The notes beneath the pieces are model-generated. The model saw only the letters and a list, made by a program, of their open reading frames with translations. It was not told the origin of the DNA and did not search any database. Position numbers and translations under genes: made by a program. DNA of 64,000 bases, from NCBI GenBank assembly GCA_051313645.2, contig JBNRSN020000030.1, forward strand, positions 33,170,001 through 33,234,000, given 5' to 3'. Shown one piece after another: positions 24,383 through 37,113 of the stretch. This DNA comes from Centroscyllium fabricii. Lineage: Eukaryota. Every line of letters begins with the position of its first letter. Within the stretch, counting starts at the first letter, position 1.

Positions 24383-27300
24383 CATAGAGTCACAGAATCA
24401 TAGAGTAATACAGCACGGAAAGAGGCCCTTCGGCCCATTGCGTCCGTGCTGCCCATCAATCCCAATCTATACTAGTCCCATTTCCTGCATTTGGTCCGTA
24501 GCCTTGTATCCTGTGGCATTTCAAGTGCTCATCCAAATGCTTTTTGGATGTTGTGAGCGGTCCCGTCTCTACCACCCTCTTGGGCAGTGAGTTCCAAACT
24601 CCAACCATACTGTGGGTGAAAAAGTACTTCCTCACATCCCCACGATACCTCTTGCCCCTTACCCTGAAATTATGCCCCCTAGTTATTGACCATTCAACCA
24701 AACGAAAAAGTTCCACTTCATCCACCTTATCTATTCCCCACATAATTTTGTATACCTCAACCAGGTCCCCCCTCAGCCTCTCTGCTCCAAGGAAACCAAC
24801 CACAGCCTTTCCAGTCTCTCTTCATAGCTAAGGCTCCCCAGCCCAGGCAGCATCCTGGTGAATCTCCTCTGCACCCTCTCCAAAGCTATTACATCCTTCG
24901 TATAGTGTGGCCACCAGAAATGCACAGAGTACTCCAGCTGTGGTCTTACCAGCGTTTTGTACATCTCCATCATAAATTCCCTGCTCTTATATTATATGCC
25001 TCGGCTAATGAATGCAAGTAACCCATATGCCTTTTTAACCAACTTATCCACCTGTCCTGCTGCCTGCAGGGACATATGTACCTGCACGCCAAGCTCCCTC
25101 TGATCCTGTGCCTTCCCTAGCGTCCTACCATTCATTGTGTATTCCCTTGCCAATATGGACCTACCGAAATGCATCACCTCCCAATTTTCAGTATTACATT
25201 CCATTTGCCACTGTTCCGCAAATCTGACCAACTCATCTATGTCGTCCTGCATGTTGCGGATTTCACACTCAGTATTTACAAACCCCCCAACTTATGTGTC
25301 ATCTGCAACATTACTGATATTGCCTTTTACGTTAATATCTAAATCATTAATATAGACTACAAACAACAAGGGACCCAACACCGATCCCTGCGGTACCCCA
25401 CTGGACACAGGCTTCCAGTCACAAAACTAACCTTCGACCATCACACTCTGCCTCCTGTCACTAAGCCAGTTCTGGATCCACTTTGCCAAGGTGCCCTGGA
25501 TCCCATGGACTCATACATTCTTGACCAGTCTCCTATGCGGGACCTAATCAAATGCATTACTAAAATCCATGTATACCATGTCCACTGTACTACCCTTATC
25601 GACATAGCTGGTCACCCCTTCAAAAAATCAACCAAATTAGTCAGACAAGATCTTTCCTTGACGAAGCCATGCTGTCTATCCTTAATTAATCTTTGCCTCT
25701 CCAAGTGGAGACTAATTTTGTCCCTCCGGATTCTTTCTAGTAATTTCCCCAGCACTGATGTCAGGCTCAGCGGCCTATAATTCCATTGGTTTCACCCTAC
25801 TAACTTTCTTGAATAATGGCAATACATTGGCCATTCTACAGTCCTCCGCCACATCACCTGTGGCCAGAGAGGTTCTGTAAATTTGTGTCAGAGCCCCTGA
25901 AATTTCTTCCTTAGCCTCACCCAGCAGACTGAGATACATCTCTTCAGGGCCTGGAGACGTATCCACTTTTAAGCCTGCTACAACCGCTAGTACCTCCTCC
26001 CTGTCAATACTAATATGATCAAGTGTATCGCATTCCTCATGTCTTATTTCAATGTCCATATCGCCCTTCTCCACAGTGAACACAGATGCAAAAAAATCAT
26101 TCAAAACCACACCTACATCGTCTGGCTCTACAGAGAGATTCCCAATTTGGTACCTAATGGGCCCCACCCTTTCCCTCGTTATCCCCTTGCCCTTAAAATA
26201 CTTATAAAACACTTTAGGATTTTCTTTTCTTTTGCCCACCGGGGTTATCTCATGGCCCCTCCTTGCTCTCTTAATTTCTTTTTGAAGTAACCCCCTGCAC
26301 CTTCTCTACTCCTCCAGAGCCTCCTCTGTCTGTATTTATTTATGTCTGCTGATAGCCCCCCTTTTTGCCGAATCAATTCATGTATATCCCTTGACATCCA
26401 AGGTTCCCTGGGCTTATTGGTCCCACCTTTGACCTTAAGGGGAAGATGTTTCCCTTGCGCTTTCTCAATTTCCTTTCGGAATGTCTCCACTGTTCTGATG
26501 CGGACTTTCCTTCGAGTAGCTGGTCCCAGTCCACTCTGGCAAGCTCCTGCCTTATCATATTGAAATCGGCCTTGCCCCCATTTAGAACCTTTATTTCTGG
26601 CCCATCGTTGTACTTTTCCATTACTACCTTAAATGTTACCGAATTATTGTCACAGGCCCAAAGTGCTCTGCTACTGACACTTCTTCCACTTGCCCGTCCG
26701 CTTTTCCCAGAATTAAGTCTAATATCGACCCCGCCCTTGTAGGACTTCCTACATCCTGGCTCTAAATGCTCTCCTGGATGCACTTTAAGAATTCTGCACC
26801 CTCTAAGCCCTTCACAATTTGGCTATCCTAGTCAATATTGGGAACGTTGAAATCCCCCACTATTACTACACTATTATTTCCACACTTCTCCGAGATTTGC
26901 CTGCAAATCTGTTCCTCTATTTCCCTCTGACATTTTGGGGGTCTGTAGTATACTCCCAGTAATGTGTTTGCCCCGTTCTTATTTGTAAGTTCCACCCAAA
27001 TAGCCTCATTAGAGGACCCTGCCAATACATCACCCATTCTTACAGCAGTATCACCACCTATTTTGCTCCCCTCTGTATCCCATCCCCCTGCGAAGTTAGT
27101 TTAACCGCCCCGCCCCCCCCCCCCCCCCACCACCACCCAACTGTGCGAGCAAACCTCCCCGCAAGGATATTGGACCCTTTCTGGTTAAGGTGGACACCGT
27201 CCGACTTGTACAAGTCCCATCTTTCCCAAAAGCGGTCCCCATGATCCAGGCAACTAAACCCTCCCTCCTACACCAACTCTTCAGCCACGCAGTAAGCTGC

Positions 27301-27960
27301 TCTATCCTTCTATTCCTTTACTCACTAGCACCTGGCACAGGGAATAATCCAGAGATTACAACCTTTGAGGTCCTGCTCCTTAATCCTCTACCTAGCTCCC
27401 TGAATTCCTGCTGCAGGACCTCATCCCCCTTTTTACCTATGTCGTTGGTTCCAATGTGAACCACGACCTCTGACTGCTTGCTCTCCCCCTCCAGGGTGCC
27501 CTGCAGCCGTTGAGTGACATCGTTGACCCTGGCCCCAGGGAGACAACAAACCATCCTGGAGTCAGGTCTACGGCCACAGAAACGCCTATCTGTTCCCCTT
27601 ACAGTAGAGTCCCCTACCACTATTGCTCTCCTAATATTTTTCCTCCCATGCTGTACAGCAGAAGCACCCCCGGTGCCAGGAAGGTTGCTGCTGCTGTCTT
27701 CCCCTGGAATGTAATCCCCCCCAACAGTATCCAAAACGGTATACTTGTTCCGAGGGAGATGCCCACAGGGTCCCCTGCTCTACCTGCCTACTGCTATCGC
27801 TCCTCCTGATGGTCACCCATTTGCATTCTGCCTGTAAACCCTTAGCTTGCAGTGTGACCAGCTCACTATACGTGCTACCCTCGAGCCTCTCAGCATCGCG
27901 AATGCTCCAAAACGCATCCTCCCTCAGCTCCAGCACCTCAATGCGGCTTCTCAGGTGCTG
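24383..27960 (-). mobile_element. CR1 LINE (partial ORF1 SGNH esterase plus ORF2), disabled
   Basis: ORF1 motifs IVVGDSTVRG, VCCLPGARV and VVHIGTND; ORF2 motifs GVYYRPP, VGDFN and RPQLEYSVHFW; tail at about 24383. The ORF2 N-terminus is deleted near 27075. Confidence 0.92.
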
Positions 27961-28200
27961 AAGCGATTGCAAAAGCTGGCGCTGATAGCACAGGGGGCGG
28001 TGGAAAGTCGTTAAGCCCAATATCGGGCGCAACACGCCAGCGGGCATTGCACACGCATTGTCACGACGATTGATCATCGCCTGGTGGCGCATCGCTAATG
28101 TTTAGCGCCCGCCGCTAATTTGGGCGCTACATTGGCGCTGCCCCATTAGCGCCGATTTTCCGCGCTAATTGGCCGGCGCTAAGGCGTCAATGTTTCACCC
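27961..28200. mobile_element. Right part of the GC-rich MITE-like element
   Basis: TTAGCGCC/GGCGCTAA motifs ending in GTCAATGTTTCACCC, followed by the remaining CR1 tail TATGACTCTATG. Confidence 0.55.
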
Positions 28201-28210
28201 TATGACTCTA

Positions 28211-28490
28211 TGAATCTCCTCTGCTACCTCTGGAAAGAAATCAGATCCTTCCTATAATGTGGCGATCAGAAATCTACACACATTTCCAGCGTTGGCCTAA
28301 CTAGCGTTTTGTGGAGCTCCAACATAATCTCTCTGCTCTTATATTCTATGCCTCGCCAAATGAAGGCATGTAACCCATAACTGTTTTACCCAATGTATCT
28401 ACCTGTCCTGCAGCCTTCTGGGATCTATGCACTTGCACACCAAATTCCTTCTGATCCTCTGTCCATCATAAGGTCCTACCATTCATTGTT
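28211..28490 (-). mobile_element. CR1 LINE continuation of 20449-20906
   Basis: TGAATCTCCTCTGC...CCTTCCTATAATGTGGCGATCAGAA is collinear with the intact CR1 at 24859-25140. Confidence 0.85.
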
Positions 28491-28763
28491 AACCGTATAT
28501 TCAACTTTTCTTCTTAGCTACGCTGGTATCATTAATTCCCGTGGTGTTTATATTCCTTAAGAAAATGTGCCGAAATATGAAATATATATTTTAATTGTTG
28601 CTTATATAACATCATATCGTTTTAACTAATTTTACATTCTATTGTAGGGAACTCGCCTCTCATACCAGTGCACGTTTTAGGGTTTTTTTCTCAGATTTAA
28701 GACGCTAGTGGGACAATTAAACAAATCACTCTCGACTCAATATAACATTCACTCTTATTACTA

Positions 28764-29518
28764 CATAGGATACACGGTACAGGAACAGACCATTCGGCCC
28801 TATCAGATCATGCCGGCGTTTATGCTCTCCGGAACCACCCTCGTGTCCTCCTCATCTAAATCTATGAATATAATCCTCTAATTCCTTTACCCTCATACGC
28901 TTGCTAAGCATACCCTTAAATGCATCTATTGTATTCACTTCAACCACTCGATGTGGTAGTTAGTTCCACCTTCTCCTCCAACTTTGGGTGAAGAAGATTG
29001 TTCCGAATTCCATATTTTATTTGCTGCTAACTGTCTTTTAATGCAGGGGTCTACTTATGCTCTCCGCTACAATTGGAAACATTCGCTCTGCATCCACTTT
29101 ATAAACAACTTTCACCCCTCGGCTTTCTTTTTTTCAAGAGAAAAGAGACTCAGCCTGTTCAACCATTTCGGCTATGTATATCCTCTTATTGCTGGTATCA
29201 TGCTTGTAAATCTCCTCTGCACTCTCTCCTGTGCCTCTATATCCTTTTTATAATATGCCGACCAAGGCTGCAAGCAGTACTCTAAGTGTGGACTAACAAA
29301 GGTTCAATGCAGGTTTAGCAAAACTTCCGTATTTTCAATTATATCCCTCTGCAAATAATCCCAGTGCTTGATTTGGATCTGTTATGGCCGTGCAACATAT
29401 GTATTAACATTTAGTGATCAGTGTAACTGTACCCCGAGTTTACTTTGTTCCTCTTACCCACGTGAACTCGCACCCACAATTATTAAGAGACTTCCATATT
29501 CTACCTACCAAGATGTAT
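28764..29518 (-). mobile_element. Old CR1 3' fragment that predates the duplication
   Basis: Same 5' truncation point and same internal deletion as the CR1 at 61097-62690. Confidence 0.8.
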
Positions 29519-29963
29519 TAAGTCTTATGATCACTATTCACCAGTATATTCTTTACAACAAGGTTATGAATTAACCCTGACTCATTGCACAATACGCAAT
29601 CTGAAATAAGCCGTTGCCTAGTTGGATTGTCGGTGAAATCTGCAAGAAAGCTTTCTTAACTGTTTCCATGCAATTGAGCAAAATCTGTATTGTAGGCTGA
29701 GCTCTGTTCCATTAGTCTTTCTAAAGAATATCATTGATTATTTGCATTTAGGAATTTAAAAAAAATGACCCATAGCGATGTTAGAAAATATTGACAAATA
29801 AAGTGACATATTTGAAATATTAAAGAGAAAACATGTTCATGAAAACCAGAGAAATGAACTAAACCTGATGAATCTGAATTGAGTGTGGAAGTGGTGGGAT
29901 TGCTATATCGAAGTCGTCCAACTGACACTAATATTTTTAGAAATCAATTGTATCCGAAATAAT

Positions 29964-30654
29964 GTGCCAGAAACGAGTGTCCTAACGCGGGAGTACGAAT
30001 GGGGTACTCACGCGTGGACTCACTGGAATTGGTGCATGCACACAAAACCAGCACTTCCGATCCCCTGAAAGAAGTAGTCAGCGGTCTTCAGATTTTTTTT
30101 AAGGTTTTTGTCAGTGTAAGTATTTGGAAACGTTATGGCTGATATTTTCATGCGCAACTGGTGGATTTCAGCAGGTATGTCTTTATTTATGTCTTTATTT
30201 CATTCATTTTTCATTTTTGAATAATTTAAAGAAAAATAAGTAGATTGTTAGCCCCATTAAACACTTTAAATATTTTATTAAAACATTTAACTTTTTGTTT
30301 AAAATAGCTAATTTATTTAATTGATCGTTATTTTAAAAAATGAGATTATTTTTTATTTATTTTAATATCTAGTAACGTGTTGGGGTTGTAGTATTCACAT
30401 GTTTGACAGGTCTTCCTGTCAAACTCATGAATGGGGCATTCTGTGCTCCGATTGTCTCTCTGTCGCCCACTTGATCCCGCGTGGAGCTTCTCACTAACTG
30501 CGACGCTCAGATGCAGCAGCACTGCACGCCAGGAATTAAGGAGCACCCGGCATCAGAACTCCATGTGGGTGGAATTGAAACCAGACGGCATGGTCTGTAA
30601 TTGTGGGTTGGAGGCTTGCACTCGCCGGAAGCCTCCAAGCTGAATTTCTGGCCC
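29964..30654 (+). mobile_element. Harbinger-like MITE, family B, with AAT target-site duplication
   Basis: Termini GTGCCAGAAA and TTTCTGGCCC, flanked by AAT on both sides. The empty site GAAATAATCTTCAC is present in the paralog at about 57226-57239. Confidence 0.8.
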
Positions 30655-30986
30655 AATCTTCACTTAGTTTGCATCTTCCACATGTCTTGTGAATTATTCC
30701 CCATAACTGGAACGGTCTCACCTTAAATATAACGATTGGAAACTCAACATGATTCACATCATGTTCATCATTAACAAAATTCTGTTCAACATTTAAAAAG
30801 CACAGTATATAAGCGAAAAAATACGATGCTGATAATTTCAGTTACCTGTGACGATCTTACAATTAATGCTGATGATGAGATATAAGCCTAAATCTTTTCA
30901 CGTCCTTATTTTACTATCAGTGCCAACTTCCGACGTTGAAATACGCCAATCAGAAAATCGGCCCCTTCAAACATACACTTAATATT

Positions 30987-31747
30987 GGGCCAGAAATTGC
31001 AGTCTGCCCATATCGGGTTTAAGCTCTGGTACGAGCGCACCAGAGCTTAAACCCGCAGGAAAGAGCCGGTTGTGCAGCTTGGGGTTTTCCTATGCCGGCC
31101 AGCGTGCGGGTTAGAGTTTCTGCAAGGGCCAGCGCAGGAAGCAGCGAACTACGGGTTACATCCCGTAATTCGTTTTTTTTTACTTATTCTACGGACAAAG
31201 ACAAGGATATTCTACACTGGGAAAAAGCAGTCGTAACTATCCGTACTTATCTGGTAAGTGTGTATTTTATTGATTTTAATTGTTGTTTTTTCAGGTTTTT
31301 AATTGCTGATAACTTTAAAGACAGGTAAGTTTTTTTTTAGACATGTTGGAAGTTGAAAACATTTTCAGTAACTTTTAGTTTTTTCTTTAAAATAGGTTAT
31401 TTGTTTTAGTTGGGTTAATGTGAAAAAAATGTGTTGGTTGTAAAATTTTATTTTTGTGTTTAGATGTATTTTGGGCAATCTCGCCTTTCAGAACTTGCAC
31501 AGATTTCTCAGTGGAAGTTTTGAACGGAGAATTGGTTACACTGATTGGTTCCCTGCCAATCAGGTGGTCTCAAAGTCCATCTCGCACTAATTACGCCCTT
31601 TAGATGCCCATGAATCTCGCAAGGAGCTCTGACAGGCTGGGCTAACTGCAATTTCTGAGTGCAAAAAAGCAAAACTGATTATGGGCAGTGCAAGTGCAAC
31701 TAGCAGTTACTATACCCGCACAAAGGCTCCACTGCAATTTCTGGGCC
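30987..31747 (+). mobile_element. Harbinger-like MITE, family A
   Basis: TIRs GGGCCAGAAATTGCAGT and ACTGCAATTTCTGGGCC (16/17 match), with ATT/AAT flanks. A second copy lies at 58163-61096. Confidence 0.82.
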
Positions 31748-32230
31748 AATGTCTACCATTTTCATTTATCGCTATGTCAATTTGTAAAGCTTTTAGTGGT
31801 TTAAAATTTACTGCAGCCCTTTGTTTCCAACAAGAGAATCATTGAATCAGACACAACTGAATGAGGCCGTTCGCCCCATCATACCTATTCCGGCTCTTTG
31901 GAAAAGCTGTGCAATTTGGCCAATCCCCCTGCTGTTTTCCCATGTCATTGTAACTGACTATGATCTGGGCCAGCTGTTATGGAAGCTAGAGCCTTTCGGA
32001 TTAGCTACTTAAAATTAGACTCCTTGGAAGTAAACTGTAAAGTAGGATGTTAAAACATCGCAATGCAGTTAATAGTATATTGGTACAAGTATATACTTAA
32101 CCAACAACTCAAAATAAAGAATATAAAAACAATAATTTTTACCCACAGCATCGTGTCCAGGAATGTCAATGCTGATAATGTTACCCGTGCTTGTACGGGG
32201 CCTCTTCCTGTAAAAAGACAAGGTGCCTGG

Positions 32231-32642
32231 GGGAGGCGCGGTGGCACAGTGATTAGCACTGTTGTCTCACAGCACTGGAGACCCGGGTTGAAATCCAGTC
32301 TCGGGTACTATCTGTGTGGAGTTTGCACATTCTCCCCATGTCTGCGTGGGTTTCCTCCGGGTGCTCCGGTTTCCTCCCACAGTCTAAAGATGTGCGGATT
32401 AGGTTGATTGGCCAGGATAAATTGACCCTTAGTGTTAGGGTGATTGAATATGTGGGGTTACGGGGATAGGGTGGGATATGTGTTGATGCAGGCTCGATAG
32501 CGATATAGGGAGAGGGCAGGGGCAGGTGCAGGGGCAGGGTGCTGGGTTTGGATGATCAGCCATGATCTCATTGAATGGCGGAGCAGGCTCGAAGGGCTGA
32601 ATGGCCTACTCCTGCTCCTAGTTTCTATGTTTCTATGTTTCT
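32231..32642 (+). mobile_element. HE1-type V-SINE
   Basis: tRNA head, V-domain and HER1 tail (TTTCTATG)n. Confidence 0.92.
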
Positions 32643-33119
32643 AAGAATATAAGCGGGTGGACCCAGCTCTACCCAACCCATCCTGGTCACTCCCGCTGAG
32701 CACCTCGTCCTGGTTCCAGTTTGGTAACCTTTCTGGTTATGGGAATTCATGTTGCTCCTGTAGTTTAACGTGTAATGCGGTTTAGTTGACATGTGCACAT
32801 TGATGATTGTCTTAGTGAAATTAGGAGTGGAATAAAATCTTTGAAATTAGTTACACGGGAGGACAGAATAATCTGCAATCTGGGAATGGAGCTGCTCTCA
32901 GTTCATCTCAAAACTTTCAATCAGCGGATTTCACATGTTCTGTTCGTCCTGTTAGGTGTTTAAACAATATTCTGAGCTCTGCGCATTTTTTAGTTAATTG
33001 GGTTTGATTGTGTAAGATTATTGGGTTGAAAATATTTACGTGCACCTGTTTGTTCACTGCGTGTGACTAATCTCAGTCTCCACTGAACTGAACCGCCTCA
33101 CTTGAGGATTAATCTGCGT

Positions 33120-33127
33120 TATAAATA
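33120..33127 (+). promoter_or_regulatory. Putative TATA box of the GPR139-like gene
   Basis: TATAAATA about 95 bp upstream of the ATG at 33215. Confidence 0.45.
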
Positions 33128-33214
33128 AGGTGATGTGTCCTTCTCTTATCTCAACGTTAGTTGAGGCATTGACTCCTGTAGAAATTGGGATTACCGGTTC
33201 TCAGTGAAGGACAA

Positions 33215-33302
33215 ATGTCAATCATCAGAACTCAGATACTCTTCGCTCTTTATTCGATACAAACAATTTACTATCCCCTCATCGCTTTTTTCGGTGTTCC
33301 TG
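33215..33302 (+). CDS. GPR139-like class A GPCR, coding exon 1 (N-terminus and start of TM1)
   Basis: MSIIRTQILFALYSIQTIYYPLIAFFGVP, then a phase-1 donor G|GTGAG at 33302/33303. It splices in frame to exon 2, giving GVP-A-NLITIVILSR. Confidence 0.85.
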
Positions 33303-33860
33303 GTGAGCCTCTCTATCCAGCTATGAATTTGCAAACATTTGCTAACCGTTGCTTTGCTTTGTACGTCCTGCTATCCAACGATCATTGGTGTTTTCTGCAT
33401 TTTCCGCGGTTCTGATGATGCGGAAGGATCTTGGGTGGTATGTCCTCGCTAACTCAGGTTACGCATTCAAATTGGACCATGGGAGCAGCGATCATCAAAT
33501 TGCACCAGCGGACCTGCTGACTCAGCAAAGTACTGATGACCTTCTCGTCGGTTGTTGTTTCTTTTTAGAACAGGGCTGGCTTTATATCCGGAAGGGAACT
33601 GGGTTCTAATTATTGGCTATCTGTGACATATAATAAGCCTGTCCGGTATAATGTTATTGTCTTTATATAATTCCCGATTGATCAATGATTATTTTATTGG
33701 TCCCGTAGCTGTCAGTGGACGCACTGGTCTCACTAAAACGTTAAAATCCTGGCACCAGATGCAGTGAAAAAATCTGTATAGTTATCTTATGACTTAATTA
33801 AAATATATATTTTGCTCCCAGTCTGAGGCATACTTCACTGCATATTTCTCTTCATTGCAG

Positions 33861-34762
33861 CGAACCTAATTACGATTGTGATCCTGTCTCGGGGCAAGTG
33901 CGGTCTCTCCAAATGTGTCACTCGGTACCTGGTGGCCATGGCAGCAGCGGATCTACTGGTCGTTATCTTCGATCTGATATTGAGGCAGATTCCCATTGCG
34001 TATTGGGTCCAGTTAATGTTCCTGTGGCATCTCCCCGTGTGTAACATTCACGCCGTCCTGCTTTACGCAGCCACAGACTGTTCTGCCTGGTTCACCGTCG
34101 CTTTCACCATTGATCGATATGTGGCCATTTTTTGCCAGAAACTAAAACCTAAATATTGCACCGAGAAAACGGCGGCTGTGGTTCTTGGATCATTAACAGG
34201 TGTGTCCTGTTTAAAAAACATTTTCTGGTACTTTCTGTATACGGGTAAATATCTTCACATTAATTTTCCCTGGTTTTGTTACATTCCACGCATTAGACTT
34301 TTCTCAAAAGTTTGGATAGTAATTGAATTCCTTCATTATATTTTGAACCCCTTTATCCCATTCATTTTGATCCTGCTCTTCAATGCTTTAACTGTCAGGC
34401 ACATTTTAGTGACCAGCAGAGCCCGGAGGAGACTACGCGCTCACAGCAATGGGGAGCGACTCGTCGACCCAGAGATGGAGAGCCGAAGAAAATCAATGAT
34501 TTTACTCTTTATTATATCCGGGAATTTCATCTTTTTATGGGCGGTGTTTCTAATTTATTCTGTGTGGAAACGAATGTGGTATTTAGGCTTTCAGGATGTA
34601 AATATGCATGAATTAATTCGAGAAATGGGGTTCATGCTGCAGCTCCTGAGTTGTTGCACCAACACCTTCATTTATGCTGTAACCCAAACTAAGTTTAGAG
34701 AGCAGTTAAAGAATGGGTTGAAATGTACTTTTACTATAATTATTCAAATATTTAAACGTTAA
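33861..34762 (+). CDS. GPR139-like (probable G-protein coupled receptor 139 family) class A GPCR, coding exon 2; whole CDS 990 nt / 329 aa, intact
   Basis: Acceptor TTTCTCTTCATTGCAG ends at 33860. 7TM motifs: AAADLL (TM2), C3.25 in PVCN, FTIDRYVAI, ECL2 Cys in PWFC, PFIPF..N (TM5), FIFLW (TM6), NTFIY (TM7) and helix 8 KFREQL. Stop TAA at 34760-34762 and AATAAA at 34768. This is a paralog, not necessarily the GPR139 ortholog. Confidence 0.92.
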
Positions 34763-35479
34763 GGTGAAATAAAGATTCCTAGCAGCAGAAACCATCCCGG
34801 TTCTAATTCAGACCAATGCACCATTTCACTGGCCACTGATACAAGCACACACTAATCCAGATTACCTCAGAATTCTTATCAATGTTGTTATTTTTTACAA
34901 GTAACTTGAGTTCATTTTACAAGACTTATACTTTAGCCATTTTCAATGCTGTAAAAAAAAATCCATAAATGTTATGAATCTTTTGCATTCTTCATCCTCA
35001 TTATATCTAAACCTATGTGATGATCTGTAAATGTACACACTGATGGATGTGGTTTTGGGACCAATTATAATAAATTACTAATACTCCGGTTCGTAACAGA
35101 AGCTTCACAAAAATCGATTATCTCAGTCAGCAGATGCTGTACATGACGTAAAGATGGCCCCTAATGAAATGGGTTCTCCTGATGTTTATTGATTCTCCTG
35201 CTGTATCTGATCAGCTCCGTGTGCAGTAGAATAAACAACCTGCAATGACGTGCTAGAGCCAAAGCTTCCGGTTTTCTCAACGTGTGATTTGGTGGGATTT
35301 GGGAGACTGCAATTGTCACCGCTTCACCTGTGGACATTTTACTCACAGAACGAAATGGAATGATTGAGAAGCTAAGGGTAAATATGTAGATGGAGCGACA
35401 AGCTGAAAAACACATGGACAGCTGCTTATTTACTCTCATGAATGTCAGATCCGCAGAGTGAGATGGTCAAATATCCTTT

Positions 35480-36770
35480 GCTCTCAGACTTGATTCAATT
35501 GTTTGCACTCTCACGGCTAAATAACAAATGACATGAGTAAATTCGCTTCAGAAAATTGAGCACATTAATAAGAGTTCGTGTTGTTGGATGAAATAATGGA
35601 GACAATTAATGAGAGTAGTGCAGTTCATGTTGTATATCTGGTCTTACGAAAGGCGCAGGATAAATTATCCCTTATTAGACGTGTTTGCAAACAGAAAGCC
35701 GATTGTTTAAAGGGGCAACATTTGGATTAATTTACTTTTAAGCAATGGGATGCAGAGAGCAACTGTGACATTTTTTAAAATCAGGCTGCAGCGACGGACA
35801 CAGTGCTGTTCCGCACGGGTAGGTTTTGCGACCACTGCTATGTTTGCTATATGTTAACGAAGTGGATTTTGGGTAAACAATGTATCATTCCCACATTCGC
35901 AGTGAAGCAAATATATGAAACGTAGTCAGCAGTGAAAAGAATAACTTCAGAATGAAATCTTCAGTCTGGTGTAAGGGACAGACAAACAGAGGATAACATT
36001 TAACTCAAAGAAGCGTGAGTGTTTAATTGTTGTTGGAAGAATGTGGAAGGCAATACAAAGGGTGCCATTGTTAAGGAGGGCCATGATCAGATACTTCTGA
36101 GAGTCTTTCAATCTGGTGGACAATTTGAGAAGTCTGTTAGAAAGGCAGACGGGGTCCTTGGTTTTATTAATAAGGCATATGATACAAAGGCAAAGAGGTT
36201 ACGCTAAACATTAAAAATAATCGTACCAATTATTTTCAATTCTGGGCTGTACATTTTATGGAAGATGTCAAGGCTTGAGAGAGGATGCCGAGGAGAATTA
36301 CTGACATGGATACAGGCACGAAATGATTTAGTTACATGGAAAGGCTGGAAACGCTGAGGTTGTTCTCCTTCGAGTAGAGAGGGTTAAGTGCAGATTTGAA
36401 AGATGTGTTTAACATTAAAAATGATATTGCTGGAGTAAACAAACGCGAAACATTTTGCCGTGGCAGAAGGGTCAGACACCACAGGGCGCAGATTGCAGTT
36501 AATGGCCAAAATAAACAGAGGCGACATTAGGAAAAGAATCAATGACACCACGAGTTGTTGTAATCTGGAATGTATCGCTAGAAAAGCTGGTGCAAGCAGA
36601 TTCAATGCTAAGTTCAGAAGCGAATTCGATACATACTTGAAATGGGAATATTTTCAGGCTACGTGGAAAGAGCAAGGGGTTTGGACTAATTGACTAGATC
36701 AGCCAAAGTGCTAGAACAGGCGCAATGGCCGAAGTGCCTCCTTCTCTGCTCCTTCCTTCCTGTGTTCTGT
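35480..36770 (+). mobile_element. Heavily decayed CR1 LINE 3' half
   Basis: Residual RT-region similarity (VRKADGVLGFINKA, GTTGTTCTCCTTCGAGTAGAGAGGGTTAAG) and a CR1-like 3' end. Confidence 0.7.
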
Positions 36771-36789
36771 GATACAGTGAGTCTATGAT

Positions 36790-37113
36790 TATCAAGGCTG
36801 ACACTTCAGCCTGAGCAGATATTAAATTGAGTTTACTGTCTGCCTCCCAGATGGACCTGTAAGAACCCACTTATTTAATTGGAAGAACTGGTGAGATTTC
36901 CCAATGACCTGACCCACCAGTATCACTGAACCAACAGACGCGGTCAGATTAACTTGTAAGTAATGACATTGCTGTCGAAATTCGACTGCTCTGTGTCATT
37001 TGATGGCGCCTTTCCCCAATAAAACAGCGACTTTAGTTCATTGGCTGTAAAGCGTGTTGGGCCAGCCTGAGATACTCACAGGCGGTGTATAAATGACATT
37101 TCTTTCTTTCTTC
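36790..37113 (+). mobile_element. Decayed Deu-domain-type SINE with L2-like tail (family from recall)
   Basis: TTCATTGGCTGTAAAGCG...AGGCGGTGTATAAATGACATTTCTTTCTTTC 3' end, with an upstream CTGTCTGCC...GATGGAC segment. Confidence 0.55.

Larger units (their letters stand above)
28490..30812 (+). repeat. Segmental duplication, copy 1 (inverted paralog at 57078-62918)
   Basis: Collinear reverse-complement matches, e.g. CTCAGATTTAAGAC vs GTCTTAAATCTGAG (62713), GCATCTTCCACATGTCTTGT vs ACAAGACATGTGGAAGATGC (57198), and TTTGCATTTAGGAATT vs AATTCCTAAATGCAAA (57438). Confidence 0.88.
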
